From contig JBLFWS010000002.1 of assembly GCA_047611865.1 (NCBI GenBank), positions 1 through 62,412 of the forward strand: a DNA stretch of 62,412 nt, written 5' to 3'. The notes beneath the pieces were generated by a model. The model saw only the letters and a program-made list of their open reading frames with translations. It ran no database searches and was not told where the DNA came from. Positions 9,247 to 17,376 of this stretch are shown in pieces (position 1 is the first letter of the stretch; every line of letters begins with the position of its first letter). Source of the DNA: Chlamydiales bacterium. GTDB lineage: Bacteria; Chlamydiota; Chlamydiia; Chlamydiales; JBDQID01. The position numbers and the translations under genes were made by a program.

Positions 9247-10257
9247 ATGAAAAAAATTAAAATAAGTCTTACGTTTCTGTTCATATTTGGAGGCTCGGCG
9301 ATCTTGTCATCTCATGAGGTGCTGGAGCCAGCCGAAGAAGTCAATGAAGTAGTTTCATTGACTGTAAAGGAGAAAAATTTTGACGTTTCTTCTCAAGTAG
9401 CAGAGTCTTTCAAAGAGGAAGAAAGTGGTAGCGAGGACGTTGTAGCGGATTATACATATGGAGAATGGCTACCAGAGAAAGCGTCTTTGTATAGACCCAT
9501 GATCGCTGACCCTAGAAAATTAGGGTATTCCGCGGGATATAGGTTCTATGATGATGCTATTAGCTCTAATTCAGTGGGAGTATCTCTTGGCGAAGTTCTC
9601 CCACTATATCGTTGGGAAGACTTAACTATTCTTGAACAAAAGGGTGATTTACAATTGGGATTAATGGCAGCAACGTGGGTAGTTTTTGACTTTTCTTCCT
9701 TTGATGACTTTGGGCAAATTATTAACGCTGATTATGAAACAGGGGTTCATGTTTCTTTCCTGGCAGACAATAAGTGGTCATATAGGTTTAGGCTTTATCA
9801 TTTGTCTTCTCATTTGGGTGATGAATTTATTAAGGCTCATCCTCAGGTCGAACGCTTAAATCCCAGTTTTGAGGCCACAGACATATTTGCTTCTTATGAC
9901 TTGACTAAAGAAATCCGATTCTACGGTGGAGCAGGGTATATTTTGCGAAGCGATAGCTCTTTTTCCCTCCATCCCCTATATGGAGATGCAGGGGTAGAGC
10001 TCAGACTATTTGGAAAAGAAGACAAGAAACATGGACTATACAGGCAGCCCTTTTTTGCTATGCACTTTCGGCACTGGGAAGATAAGGGTTGGGAGTCTGA
10101 TTCGACCTATTTACTGGGGGTAGAATGGGCAAAAATTAAGGGCTACGAACGCAGAACAAGATTATACCTTGAGTATCATGACGGATTTTCCTTGGAGGGA
10201 CAGTTCTCCAAAGACCCGACTACTTACTTAAGTATAAATATTGGAATTGGCTATTAG
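9247..10257 (+). CDS. Secreted outer-membrane-like protein, DUF1207-like
   Basis: It has a signal peptide and the motif ADPRK...LYHLSSHLGDEF, which I remember from DUF1207. The C-terminal INIGIGY has an aromatic end typical of beta-barrel outer membrane proteins. Confidence 0.6.
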   Translation: MKKIKISLTFLFIFGGSAILSSHEVLEPAEEVNEVVSLTVKEKNFDVSSQVAESFKEEESGSEDVVADYTYGEWLPEKASLYRPMIADPRKLGYSAGYRFYDDAISSNSVGVSLGEVLPLYRWEDLTILEQKGDLQLGLMAATWVVFDFSSFDDFGQIINADYETGVHVSFLADNKWSYRFRLYHLSSHLGDEFIKAHPQVERLNPSFEATDIFASYDLTKEIRFYGGAGYILRSDSSFSLHPLYGDAGVELRLFGKEDKKHGLYRQPFFAMHFRHWEDKGWESDSTYLLGVEWAKIKGYERRTRLYLEYHDGFSLEGQFSKDPTTYLSINIGIGY

Positions 10258-10278
10258 AACTATCTGGTTTTTCAGTAC

Positions 10279-10476
10279 ATACCGAAACAAATTATTGAAC
10301 CTGTTTCGGTATATACACAAACAACTTCAAGAATCGGTTTTTTGCCCAATCTTTTTCCACCTAACGAAGCCTGAAAATTCCACCTACTTGTCCAAGTATA
10401 ACTGGAATTTTCAGGCTCCTTTAGTTGAAAAAATCTCAGGCCCAAAATTCCGATTCTTGAAGTTGCTTGTGTATAT
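10279..10476. repeat. Family-A nested palindromic (MITE-like) element, long form
   Basis: Short hairpin: ATACCGAAACA (10279-10289) pairs with TGTTTCGGTAT (10302-10312). A 27-bp inverted repeat (10311-10337 vs 10450-10476) matches at 26 of 27 positions. An inner inverted repeat is GCCTGAAAATTCCA (10369-10382) vs TGGAATTTTCAGGC (10403-10416). The element is homologous to 47617-47779 in the opposite orientation. Confidence 0.85.
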
Positions 10477-10508
10477 CTTTGTGGTGAAAATCCAGTAAGA
10501 ATTTCGGC

Positions 10509-12659
10509 TTAAACAGTAGCTTCCTCTGGATTTCCTACAATTACAAAACCATCTTCACAAATGGGTCCACTTTTCCCGATTGGTAAAGAACCTTCGAAAA
10601 ACTTTTGGTAAATATTTAGACCTTGTTTTGCCGTCTGTATACAGAAGAAGCAGTTACTTATCCACTCAGAACCCTTAATGGTTTCATTTTCCAAGTTACA
10701 ACGAAAGCGGCTCGTAATTTTCTGCTTCCAGTAGTCCACTTCTCCAAAAAGAAGAATTGGGTTTGGAGGTGAAGTTCCCACCTTACGACGTACTTCTTCC
10801 AAGCTATATTCAAAATCCGTTCCGATTCCTCCCTTTAGAAAAATAGGGAAGTCGAGATGGAATTCAGCTTGTCTCTCAACAAGTTTGTCAAGTCGGTAAG
10901 TCATTTTCGCTTCGACGTAGGGATTTTGATTCTGTTCATTGACAGAAGAGCCATCTTTACTACGAAAGTCAACAACGTTAGCACAGGATAAGATGTTTAG
11001 TGACTTTGCAACTCTGTTGCCTACCTCCATAGCACCTGGACCGCCACCTGTGACTAAGGCTAGAGGGGTGTTATTATTAAGAAGAGGGTGAGCGAGGTCT
11101 TTTTTAATTTCAAGTATCCCCTGAAAGAGACTTCGCAGTTCTTCTTCAAACAGGTCACTCAATAAGTTAGATCCGTAAATTCCGAATACTGTGGACTTTA
11201 AGAATGTTTCGATAGAGTCATTTGGTACAAACATACCAGAGTCTTTTCCAGGTTTGTGAACGTATTGGAGGATTTTTCCGCTACTTTCGTCTACCCAGTA
11301 GGTAGGGATCGCAAATTTTGCAAGGTCGAGAAGCATGGCCCTGTCCTCAGCAGAGAAAAAATCATCGTAGGAAGTAGATGGATGTTGGAAATAAATTCCC
11401 TTAAGGCAGCGGTGAACCTGGTCTGAAAGGAGCATACGTTTCATGAGAGGGCTGGGAAAGTATCTTGATAAAAGAATTCCCTGACTTGTGACTAAGCCTT
11501 CTTCGATGTTTTTTAAAAAGGGATAAGAGGGCTGCTGTTGTATATAGCGTTCTACCATTAATGCCTGGCGTCCGCCATGGGTGACACCTGGAAAATCTTG
11601 AAGTCGTGGTTCTCTAGTTATCCAGTCTTTCGTTTTTAGGTTTAATAACTGTTCCCCTTTAACAACAAAAACAGAGGTTCGTAGATTTTTGGGTAAAGGT
11701 GCTGTATCAAAGGCTTTGAAAATGGGATCACTAGTTTCGATACAGGCCTGAAGCTGGTCACGGTCTTGAAAAAAAACGTGCTCTCGATGAGGCTCTAAAG
11801 TATAAAACTCCAGAGGAATATCTGTAAGCTCGCTTTGGCTGTCTCCAAACAATTCGTAGATATCTCCAGAGGCGCTAGTGTCAGGCTGTAATACTTTTGC
11901 AGTGGTATGTTCAACACCTTTGGCAAGTAAGTCATTTACAACCAATCCAAAAACTGTACGGATATGCAAAGGTTGAGTTTGCACAAGGAGGATTTTGTCT
12001 TTTTCGACACACTTGGCAGCATCAGGTTGCCAAACTTGGTGGAGTTGGAGAAGATCTCTTGTGCGCAGATCTTTTTCAAGAGCTTTGGTCAGGGTTGGAA
12101 GAAGCCCATAAATAGAAGAGTCGTAAGTGACATTGCCATTTTGTAAGGTCAGATAAGCAACCGTGCGGCCATCAATCTTTTCGAGGACAAGATCACTGCT
12201 ACCTTGCATCCCCCCTAATGACAAAAGGGGCTTTCCCCAACGGTCGGAGCGGCCAAACATCCTTCCTAGATAATCGGGGTCGCGAACTCGCCGGCGTTCG
12301 TCCGCAGCAAAGAGTTTACCGATGATAGCGCCTTCTTTGAGGTGGCGGAGAACTTCTTGTGCGAGTTTACCAATAGCTGTGAGAAGGACTCTTACTTGGG
12401 CGCAGTTATTTTGTGGAGATAGCTCATATTCAATACCTTTCCCATTAAGACCAAGTTGCGCCAAGGTGCTCTTAATGTTGAAAAATACACTTTCGATATC
12501 AATTCTATAGCCTACAAAAGCTGGAGAAATTTGTTCGATGATAACAACTGCTTCTGCCGTAGTATCAGAGAGTTTTGTTAATTTTGTGATTTTTCCATCT
12601 GGTGTAACCAAATCGTAATGACCAGGAAACAGGTAACTTTCCATTTGCATAATTTTCAT
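10509..12659 (-). CDS. Large protein with a C-terminal LOG / PpnN-like (TIGR00730-type Rossmann) domain; N-terminal ~520 aa unassigned
   Basis: 716 aa. The C-terminus carries LALVTGGGPGAMEVGN and FLKGGIGTDFEYSLEE, which resemble the GGGxxGxM and PGGxGTxxE LOG motifs. Confidence 0.6.
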   Translation of the reverse strand: MKIMQMESYLFPGHYDLVTPDGKITKLTKLSDTTAEAVVIIEQISPAFVGYRIDIESVFFNIKSTLAQLGLNGKGIEYELSPQNNCAQVRVLLTAIGKLAQEVLRHLKEGAIIGKLFAADERRRVRDPDYLGRMFGRSDRWGKPLLSLGGMQGSSDLVLEKIDGRTVAYLTLQNGNVTYDSSIYGLLPTLTKALEKDLRTRDLLQLHQVWQPDAAKCVEKDKILLVQTQPLHIRTVFGLVVNDLLAKGVEHTTAKVLQPDTSASGDIYELFGDSQSELTDIPLEFYTLEPHREHVFFQDRDQLQACIETSDPIFKAFDTAPLPKNLRTSVFVVKGEQLLNLKTKDWITREPRLQDFPGVTHGGRQALMVERYIQQQPSYPFLKNIEEGLVTSQGILLSRYFPSPLMKRMLLSDQVHRCLKGIYFQHPSTSYDDFFSAEDRAMLLDLAKFAIPTYWVDESSGKILQYVHKPGKDSGMFVPNDSIETFLKSTVFGIYGSNLLSDLFEEELRSLFQGILEIKKDLAHPLLNNNTPLALVTGGGPGAMEVGNRVAKSLNILSCANVVDFRSKDGSSVNEQNQNPYVEAKMTYRLDKLVERQAEFHLDFPIFLKGGIGTDFEYSLEEVRRKVGTSPPNPILLFGEVDYWKQKITSRFRCNLENETIKGSEWISNCFFCIQTAKQGLNIYQKFFEGSLPIGKSGPICEDGFVIVGNPEEATV

Positions 12660-13166
12660 CTCGATTATCGCTTTAATTGAACTGTCATGGATAGGCTTGA
12701 GAAGAGTTTGTTGTCAAGATATTGGTGAGTATTCTGGTGGTAGAAAAGGCAATACAATTTATTTGTTCGCCTTATATTCGCTATTTTCGAAGAAATTTAC
12801 ATATTCAGAGGGAGGAATTTGTGGGAGGAATGTTTGCAGCTTGTAAATAACCTATATTTGGCAGTAGTTTTATAAGTCAAAATTATCAGGTTTTTGGTTT
12901 AGAAGTCTGGATAGTGAATATAGTATATTTCATTTATTATAAGTTCTTTAGATTGGTTTTAACTGTCACTTACAGGGATGGAAAAAGGGGGGAAGGAAGA
13001 ACGTGAACATTTGGCAAGTAAAATGTTCACAAAGAGTCCTTCAGAGCCTCAAAATAGAACATAGAAATTTCTAATTTGGGTTGTGTTGAATTCCTTTGGG
13101 CTTTATTGTCCACTGTTTTAGTAAAATGGTTTGATTACAAAACCTGAAAGAAAAGACTCTCAAATT

Positions 13167-14075
13167 ATGAGCGATAGCAAGATACCTCGCAGTGTTGGAA
13201 CACATGATGGTACATTTCATGCGGATGAGGTGACAGCCTGTGCCCTACTGCTTTTGTACGATTTAATTGATCGCGATAAAATCTGTCGGACTAGAGATAA
13301 GAATAAACTTGATATTTCGGATTTTGTATGTGACGTTGGTGGGTTCTATGAGCCGGAAAAGCGACTGTTTGATCATCATCAGGCTGATTATCAAGGTGGC
13401 CTCAGTAGTGCTGGTATGATCCTTAAGTATCTTCGGGAAGAGGAAATCATCACACAAAAAGAGTATGACTTCTTCAATAACACTCTTATCACGGGTATAG
13501 ATGCCATTGATAACGGAAGGGTGTCTCCTGTTAAAGGGTTTTGTACTTTCTCAAATGTGATCTCAAATTTCGTCCCTGTTGAGTATACTTGCACTCCAAG
13601 TATGCAGGACGAGGCATTTTTTGAAGCTCTTGATTTCGTTGTAGTTTACCTGACAAGATTAAAAAGTCGCTTTCACTACCATCAAAAGTGTGAAGAAATC
13701 GTTTCCGAGGTAATGGAGAAGTATAAAAATGAAGAATGCCTGATTTTTGATGAAAGCCTGGCATGGTTGGAAAGCTTTTTCGAACTAGATGGTGAGCATC
13801 ACAAAGCCCTTTTCGTTGTAATGCCTTCAGGAGACCATTGGAAACTTCGGGGTATTCCACCAAATTTCGATGACAGAATGAGTGTTCGCCTACCCCTCCC
13901 GCAGGAGTGGGCTGGACTTCTTGAGGGTGATTTGAAGGAGAAATCAAAAATAGCCGGGGCTATCTTTTGTCATAAAGGGCGCTTTATTTCGGTATGGGAA
14001 ACAAGAGAGGATGCCTTGAGAGCTCTGGAATATACTTTAGCACAGGCGAAAAATATAAATCTGGAGACTACATGA
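13167..14075 (+). CDS. MYG1 / UPF0160 family metal-dependent hydrolase
   Basis: VGTHDGTFHADEV and LFDHHQ are hallmarks of the family. ATG at 13167 is preferred over the upstream in-frame TTG at 13131. Confidence 0.8.
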   Translation: MSDSKIPRSVGTHDGTFHADEVTACALLLLYDLIDRDKICRTRDKNKLDISDFVCDVGGFYEPEKRLFDHHQADYQGGLSSAGMILKYLREEEIITQKEYDFFNNTLITGIDAIDNGRVSPVKGFCTFSNVISNFVPVEYTCTPSMQDEAFFEALDFVVVYLTRLKSRFHYHQKCEEIVSEVMEKYKNEECLIFDESLAWLESFFELDGEHHKALFVVMPSGDHWKLRGIPPNFDDRMSVRLPLPQEWAGLLEGDLKEKSKIAGAIFCHKGRFISVWETREDALRALEYTLAQAKNINLETT

Positions 14076-14407
14076 CTACAGTTTTTGGAAAAATCATAGC
14101 AGGGGAAATACCTGCTGAAAAGGTTTTTGAAAATGAAAACATTCTCGCTATTAAAGACATTAACCCAGTAGCTCCGATCCACTTGTTGATCATGCCTAAA
14201 AAGGAAATTAAGTGTTTCCAGGAAATTGATGAAGAAGACCTCTCCCTTGTACAGGAAATAGTTCAGGTAGCACAAGATCTTGCCGTGAAATTTGATGTTG
14301 CAGACAATTACCGTCTTCTAACAAACAACGGTAGCGAAGCAGGACAAACGGTTTTTCATTTGCATTTCCACCTAATTGGTGGCAAGCATTTGGGACCAAT
14401 GGCGTAA
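14072..14407 (+). CDS. HIT family (HinT-like) nucleotide hydrolase
   Basis: 111 aa with the histidine triad HLHFHLIGG. The start overlaps the MYG1 stop (ATGA). Confidence 0.85.
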   Translation: MTTVFGKIIAGEIPAEKVFENENILAIKDINPVAPIHLLIMPKKEIKCFQEIDEEDLSLVQEIVQVAQDLAVKFDVADNYRLLTNNGSEAGQTVFHLHFHLIGGKHLGPMA

Positions 14408-14410
14408 TTA

Positions 14411-14439
14411 TATACTCAAACTAACCCGCATTGAGTATA
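14411..14439. repeat. Family-B palindromic repeat (compact form)
   Basis: TATACTCAA-ACTAACCCGCA-TTGAGTATA has a perfect 9-bp stem and an 11-nt loop. It lies 3 nt after the HIT stop and 27 nt before the next ATG. Confidence 0.9.
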
Positions 14440-14466
14440 AAATGGTAATTTTGGAGTAGGTGTTTT

Positions 14467-15054
14467 ATGAAAGTTGGAACTAAGTTTTTAGATAAAAAAG
14501 AAACCGGTTTACTCGTCATTGATGTTCAGGAAAAGCTATTGCCTGGTGTAGAAAGTCAGCAGGAGATTTGTAATACTCTTGTAAAAGCTATAAAAGGTTT
14601 CCAAATTTTTCAATTGCCAATAGTTGTTACAGAACAGTACCCAAAAGGGCTTGGAGAGACGGTTTCGATGATTAAAAACTGTTTGGGTGATAAGCAAAAA
14701 TATTATGAGAAAACAAGTTTTTCGTGTGTTCGGAATCCTAAAATAAAAGATGTATTAGTCAATTCTTCTGTCTCACAGTGGGTTTTGGTTGGCATAGAAG
14801 CGCATGTGTGTATTTTACAAACAGCAAAAGACCTTCTTGAGATAGGGAAAGATGTAACTATTCTCAATGATGCCGTTGGTTCCAGGTCTATTTATGACTT
14901 CTCTACTGCTATAGGAGAGTTTCGTGATGCTGGTGTTCGTGTTACAAGCTTAGAGACAGCCTTATTTGAATTACTTGGTGACTCCAAAGCTCCAGAGTTT
15001 AAAGCTATCAGTGCATTGATACAAGAAATGTCTTGTGTAGGTTGCGATTGCTGA
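14467..15054 (+). CDS. Isochorismatase / cysteine hydrolase family protein
   Basis: 195 aa with LLVIDVQEKLL and GIEAHVCILQT (catalytic Cys context). It has an unusual C-terminal CVGCDC followed by a double stop. Confidence 0.75.
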   Translation: MKVGTKFLDKKETGLLVIDVQEKLLPGVESQQEICNTLVKAIKGFQIFQLPIVVTEQYPKGLGETVSMIKNCLGDKQKYYEKTSFSCVRNPKIKDVLVNSSVSQWVLVGIEAHVCILQTAKDLLEIGKDVTILNDAVGSRSIYDFSTAIGEFRDAGVRVTSLETALFELLGDSKAPEFKAISALIQEMSCVGCDC

Positions 15055-15074
15055 TAGCTGCTGGTTTTGAGATT

Positions 15075-15103
15075 TATACTCAAACTAACCTGTATTGAGT
15101 ATA
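15075..15103. repeat. Family-B palindromic repeat (compact form)
   Basis: TATACTCAA-ACTAACCTGTA-TTGAGTATA has the same stem as the copy at 14411, with two loop substitutions. Confidence 0.9.
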
Positions 15104-15149
15104 CAGTTAAATCCCGATCTTTCGATTGTTTAAATTATGTGTTTACACA

Positions 15150-16871
15150 ATGCCGATAATTTTCTTATTTTTTTTATTTATCCTAACGCCATCTCTGAAC
15201 TATTCTGCAGATGAAGAAGCAAGTATTTCAAGGCGTATTGCTCTACACTTACTTTTGGAAGATTCAAGTGAGGCTTTAGCTATAGCCCGTAAATCACTTG
15301 AAAAGTATCCAGAATCACGTTTAATTCAGAATTTTTTGATAAAATCTTATGTTGCATCGGGAAATGGGAAAGCAGCTTTATCGGCTTGGAACTCCTATGT
15401 AAAGTTGTTTCCTGAATGTTTGGATGACCATGACTTGCTAGAACAAATTTGTTGGGCAGTAATTCGAAATGGAGCAGGGCAATCATCTCTGAATGTTCGT
15501 TTACATTCTCTAATAGGAGCTGTACTAGGACGCGATGCTTATTCAGTTCCTATAGTTAGAAGTAATTTGCGCTCTTCAAACTCCTTACTTCGGGGTATAG
15601 CAGTCAGGCTTACGTGTAGTTTAGGGGACACAGAATTACAAAAAGAAGTCTTAAATATTCTCCGTAATGATAACTCTTGGAATGTTCGTCTTGAAGCAAT
15701 CAAAGCTGTTGGGAAGATGCAGATGCATGAGGCTCAAGATGATTTAGAAGAGATACTATCAAGTTCTACAAGTTCAGCGGAAGAAAAAGCAGCTGCTATT
15801 GGTTCTACTCTGGAGCTGTTTCGAACAGTAGGAGAAGATGAAATTCTTAGACTTTCAAAAAGTGATCGTGTTGGCCTGCGGACCCTAGCTTGTGAGCTTG
15901 TCGCTTATTTTGATTTACAGGCCAGTTTTGTTTTTATAGAACCTCTTATTCAAGATTCACATCCTATGGTTCGTTCTGCGGCGATGAAAGTTTTTGGCTT
16001 TTCTCGGACGGAATATCCTCTTGCTCTTGTGCAGCAAGCTCTTTTGGATAAAGATAAATCCGTAGCCGTTATGAGTGCTTGGTTGTTAGTTATTAGTGAG
16101 AAAATGAAGCCAGAAGATGCGTATGCTCAACTTTTATCTCATGAACTTAGTGAGGTGAGGGCTCTGGCTGCTTCTTCTTTGGCTGCTACAGGGAAGTATG
16201 GGCTTGATTATTCCTTAAGGGTTTTTGAGGTAAATGAGGACCCTTTTGTACGAGCAAACCTTGCAATGGGACTCATTGGGCAACGTACTGAGGTTGAACG
16301 TTCTTGCGACGCGCTCCTATCATTGTTGGAAAGAGGTGAGCAAGTAATGTGGAAAGTTCAGGGGAGTGGGATGTTCAGAGCCCTTCAGCAAGGAAAACTC
16401 CGTCATCTTGATGGAGATTTTAATTATCCAGAGGTCATGAATCAAGTTTGTCGATTGGAAGTGCTGAATACCTTGGCGGTTATGAACTATAAGCTTGCAC
16501 TTGATGGGGTTCGAAGGTTTCTTCATGAAAAAAACTGGGGGATCACAGCCTTTGCGGCTGAAGTGCTTTTGCAAGAAGGGGATGAGTCTGTATTTGGAAT
16601 ACTTAGAGAACTACTCTCTGACTCTGATAAGCATGTTCGGGTTCAGGCTGCTCTGGCATTAGCTATCTGGGGAAAGGATCAAGATGTTGTGGACGTTCTT
16701 CAGGAAGCTTATCCCGAAGCGGATAGAGAACTAAAGGCGACGATTCTTGAAGCCATCGGATTTATAGGTGGTGCGGAGGCTTTTCCCTTTTTAGTTGATA
16801 GGCTGGGAGAGCCATTTCAGACTTTAAGAATAATTGCTGCAGCTTCTCTTATTCAAGGGATTAACAAATAG
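15150..16871 (+). CDS. HEAT-repeat protein with N-terminal signal/anchor
   Basis: It has repeated units of about 30 aa of the type VR..A..ALG (for example VRLEAIKAVGKM, VRSAAMKVFG, VRALAASSLA, VRVQAALALAIWG). The N-terminus is hydrophobic (MPIIFLFFLFILTPS). Confidence 0.7.
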   Translation: MPIIFLFFLFILTPSLNYSADEEASISRRIALHLLLEDSSEALAIARKSLEKYPESRLIQNFLIKSYVASGNGKAALSAWNSYVKLFPECLDDHDLLEQICWAVIRNGAGQSSLNVRLHSLIGAVLGRDAYSVPIVRSNLRSSNSLLRGIAVRLTCSLGDTELQKEVLNILRNDNSWNVRLEAIKAVGKMQMHEAQDDLEEILSSSTSSAEEKAAAIGSTLELFRTVGEDEILRLSKSDRVGLRTLACELVAYFDLQASFVFIEPLIQDSHPMVRSAAMKVFGFSRTEYPLALVQQALLDKDKSVAVMSAWLLVISEKMKPEDAYAQLLSHELSEVRALAASSLAATGKYGLDYSLRVFEVNEDPFVRANLAMGLIGQRTEVERSCDALLSLLERGEQVMWKVQGSGMFRALQQGKLRHLDGDFNYPEVMNQVCRLEVLNTLAVMNYKLALDGVRRFLHEKNWGITAFAAEVLLQEGDESVFGILRELLSDSDKHVRVQAALALAIWGKDQDVVDVLQEAYPEADRELKATILEAIGFIGGAEAFPFLVDRLGEPFQTLRIIAAASLIQGINK

Positions 16872-16873
16872 AA

Positions 16874-16913
16874 GATATACTGAAACCAATTCTTGAAGTA
16901 TTTTCGGCATATC
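16874..16913. repeat. Family-A short hairpin form
   Basis: GATATACTGAAA..CCAATTCTTGAAG..TTTTCGGCATATC starts 3 nt after the HEAT-protein stop. It shares the CCAATTCTTGAA core with the long family-A copies. Confidence 0.7.
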
Positions 16914-16979
16914 CCTTTTTTTACGAATACTCCTAGTTTCTCTATATATTATTGTAATTAATAAAATCGATTAAAATCT

Positions 16980-17195
16980 TATATAATGGCGTTGTTGCAT
17001 AACTTAATACGTTTACAATCATTTATTTAACCACAGAGAGCACCGAGAACACAGAGAGATAGAAAAATGCATAAAGTCTCTCAGAATATGCTATCAACTG
17101 ATCTGTGATTTTTTATTCTCTCTGTGATCTCGGTGGTAAAATGTTAATCATAAGGCTCTTGTAGACGCATGTTTTATGCAACAACGCCTTATATA
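16980..17195. repeat. Family-C MITE-like element with terminal inverted repeats
   Basis: The terminal inverted repeats are TATATAATGGCGTTGTTGCATAA (16980-17002) and TTATGCAACAACGCCTTATATA (17174-17195), with one indel. The inner inverted repeat is CACCGAGAACACAGAGAG vs CTCTCTGTGATCTCGGTG. No ORF is present. Confidence 0.8.
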
Positions 17196-17376
17196 ATTAT
17201 ATTTTTCTTTCTCTCTAATTAAAGATCTTACTTCGGTCTATTTTTGAATATTTCAGTGAAGTAAATCAATCTTTTGTGCTACATTTGGGCGACATTTCAT
17301 TTTTAAAAAAGGCCTTATCTTTATGTATTATACTGAGAGTTAGGCCTTCATTTGCGAAATAAAGGGGGAGGCAGAA

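Noticed and set aside
10241-10498. 85-aa ORF in the six-frame track
   Set aside because: It lies entirely within the family-A nested palindrome. It has no Shine-Dalgarno sequence, and its sequence is dictated by the inverted repeats. The homologous copy at 47.6 kb does not preserve the frame.
12987-13030. GGGGGGAAGGAAGAAC resembling the SRP (4.5S) RNA GGAAGGAAGCAGC motif, with a nearby 9-bp inverted repeat GTGAACATT/AATGTTCAC
   Set aside because: The match does not extend beyond GGAAGGAAG, and no complementary strand exists to build the SRP domain IV helix. The inverted repeat may be an operator in the divergent promoter region, but evidence is insufficient.
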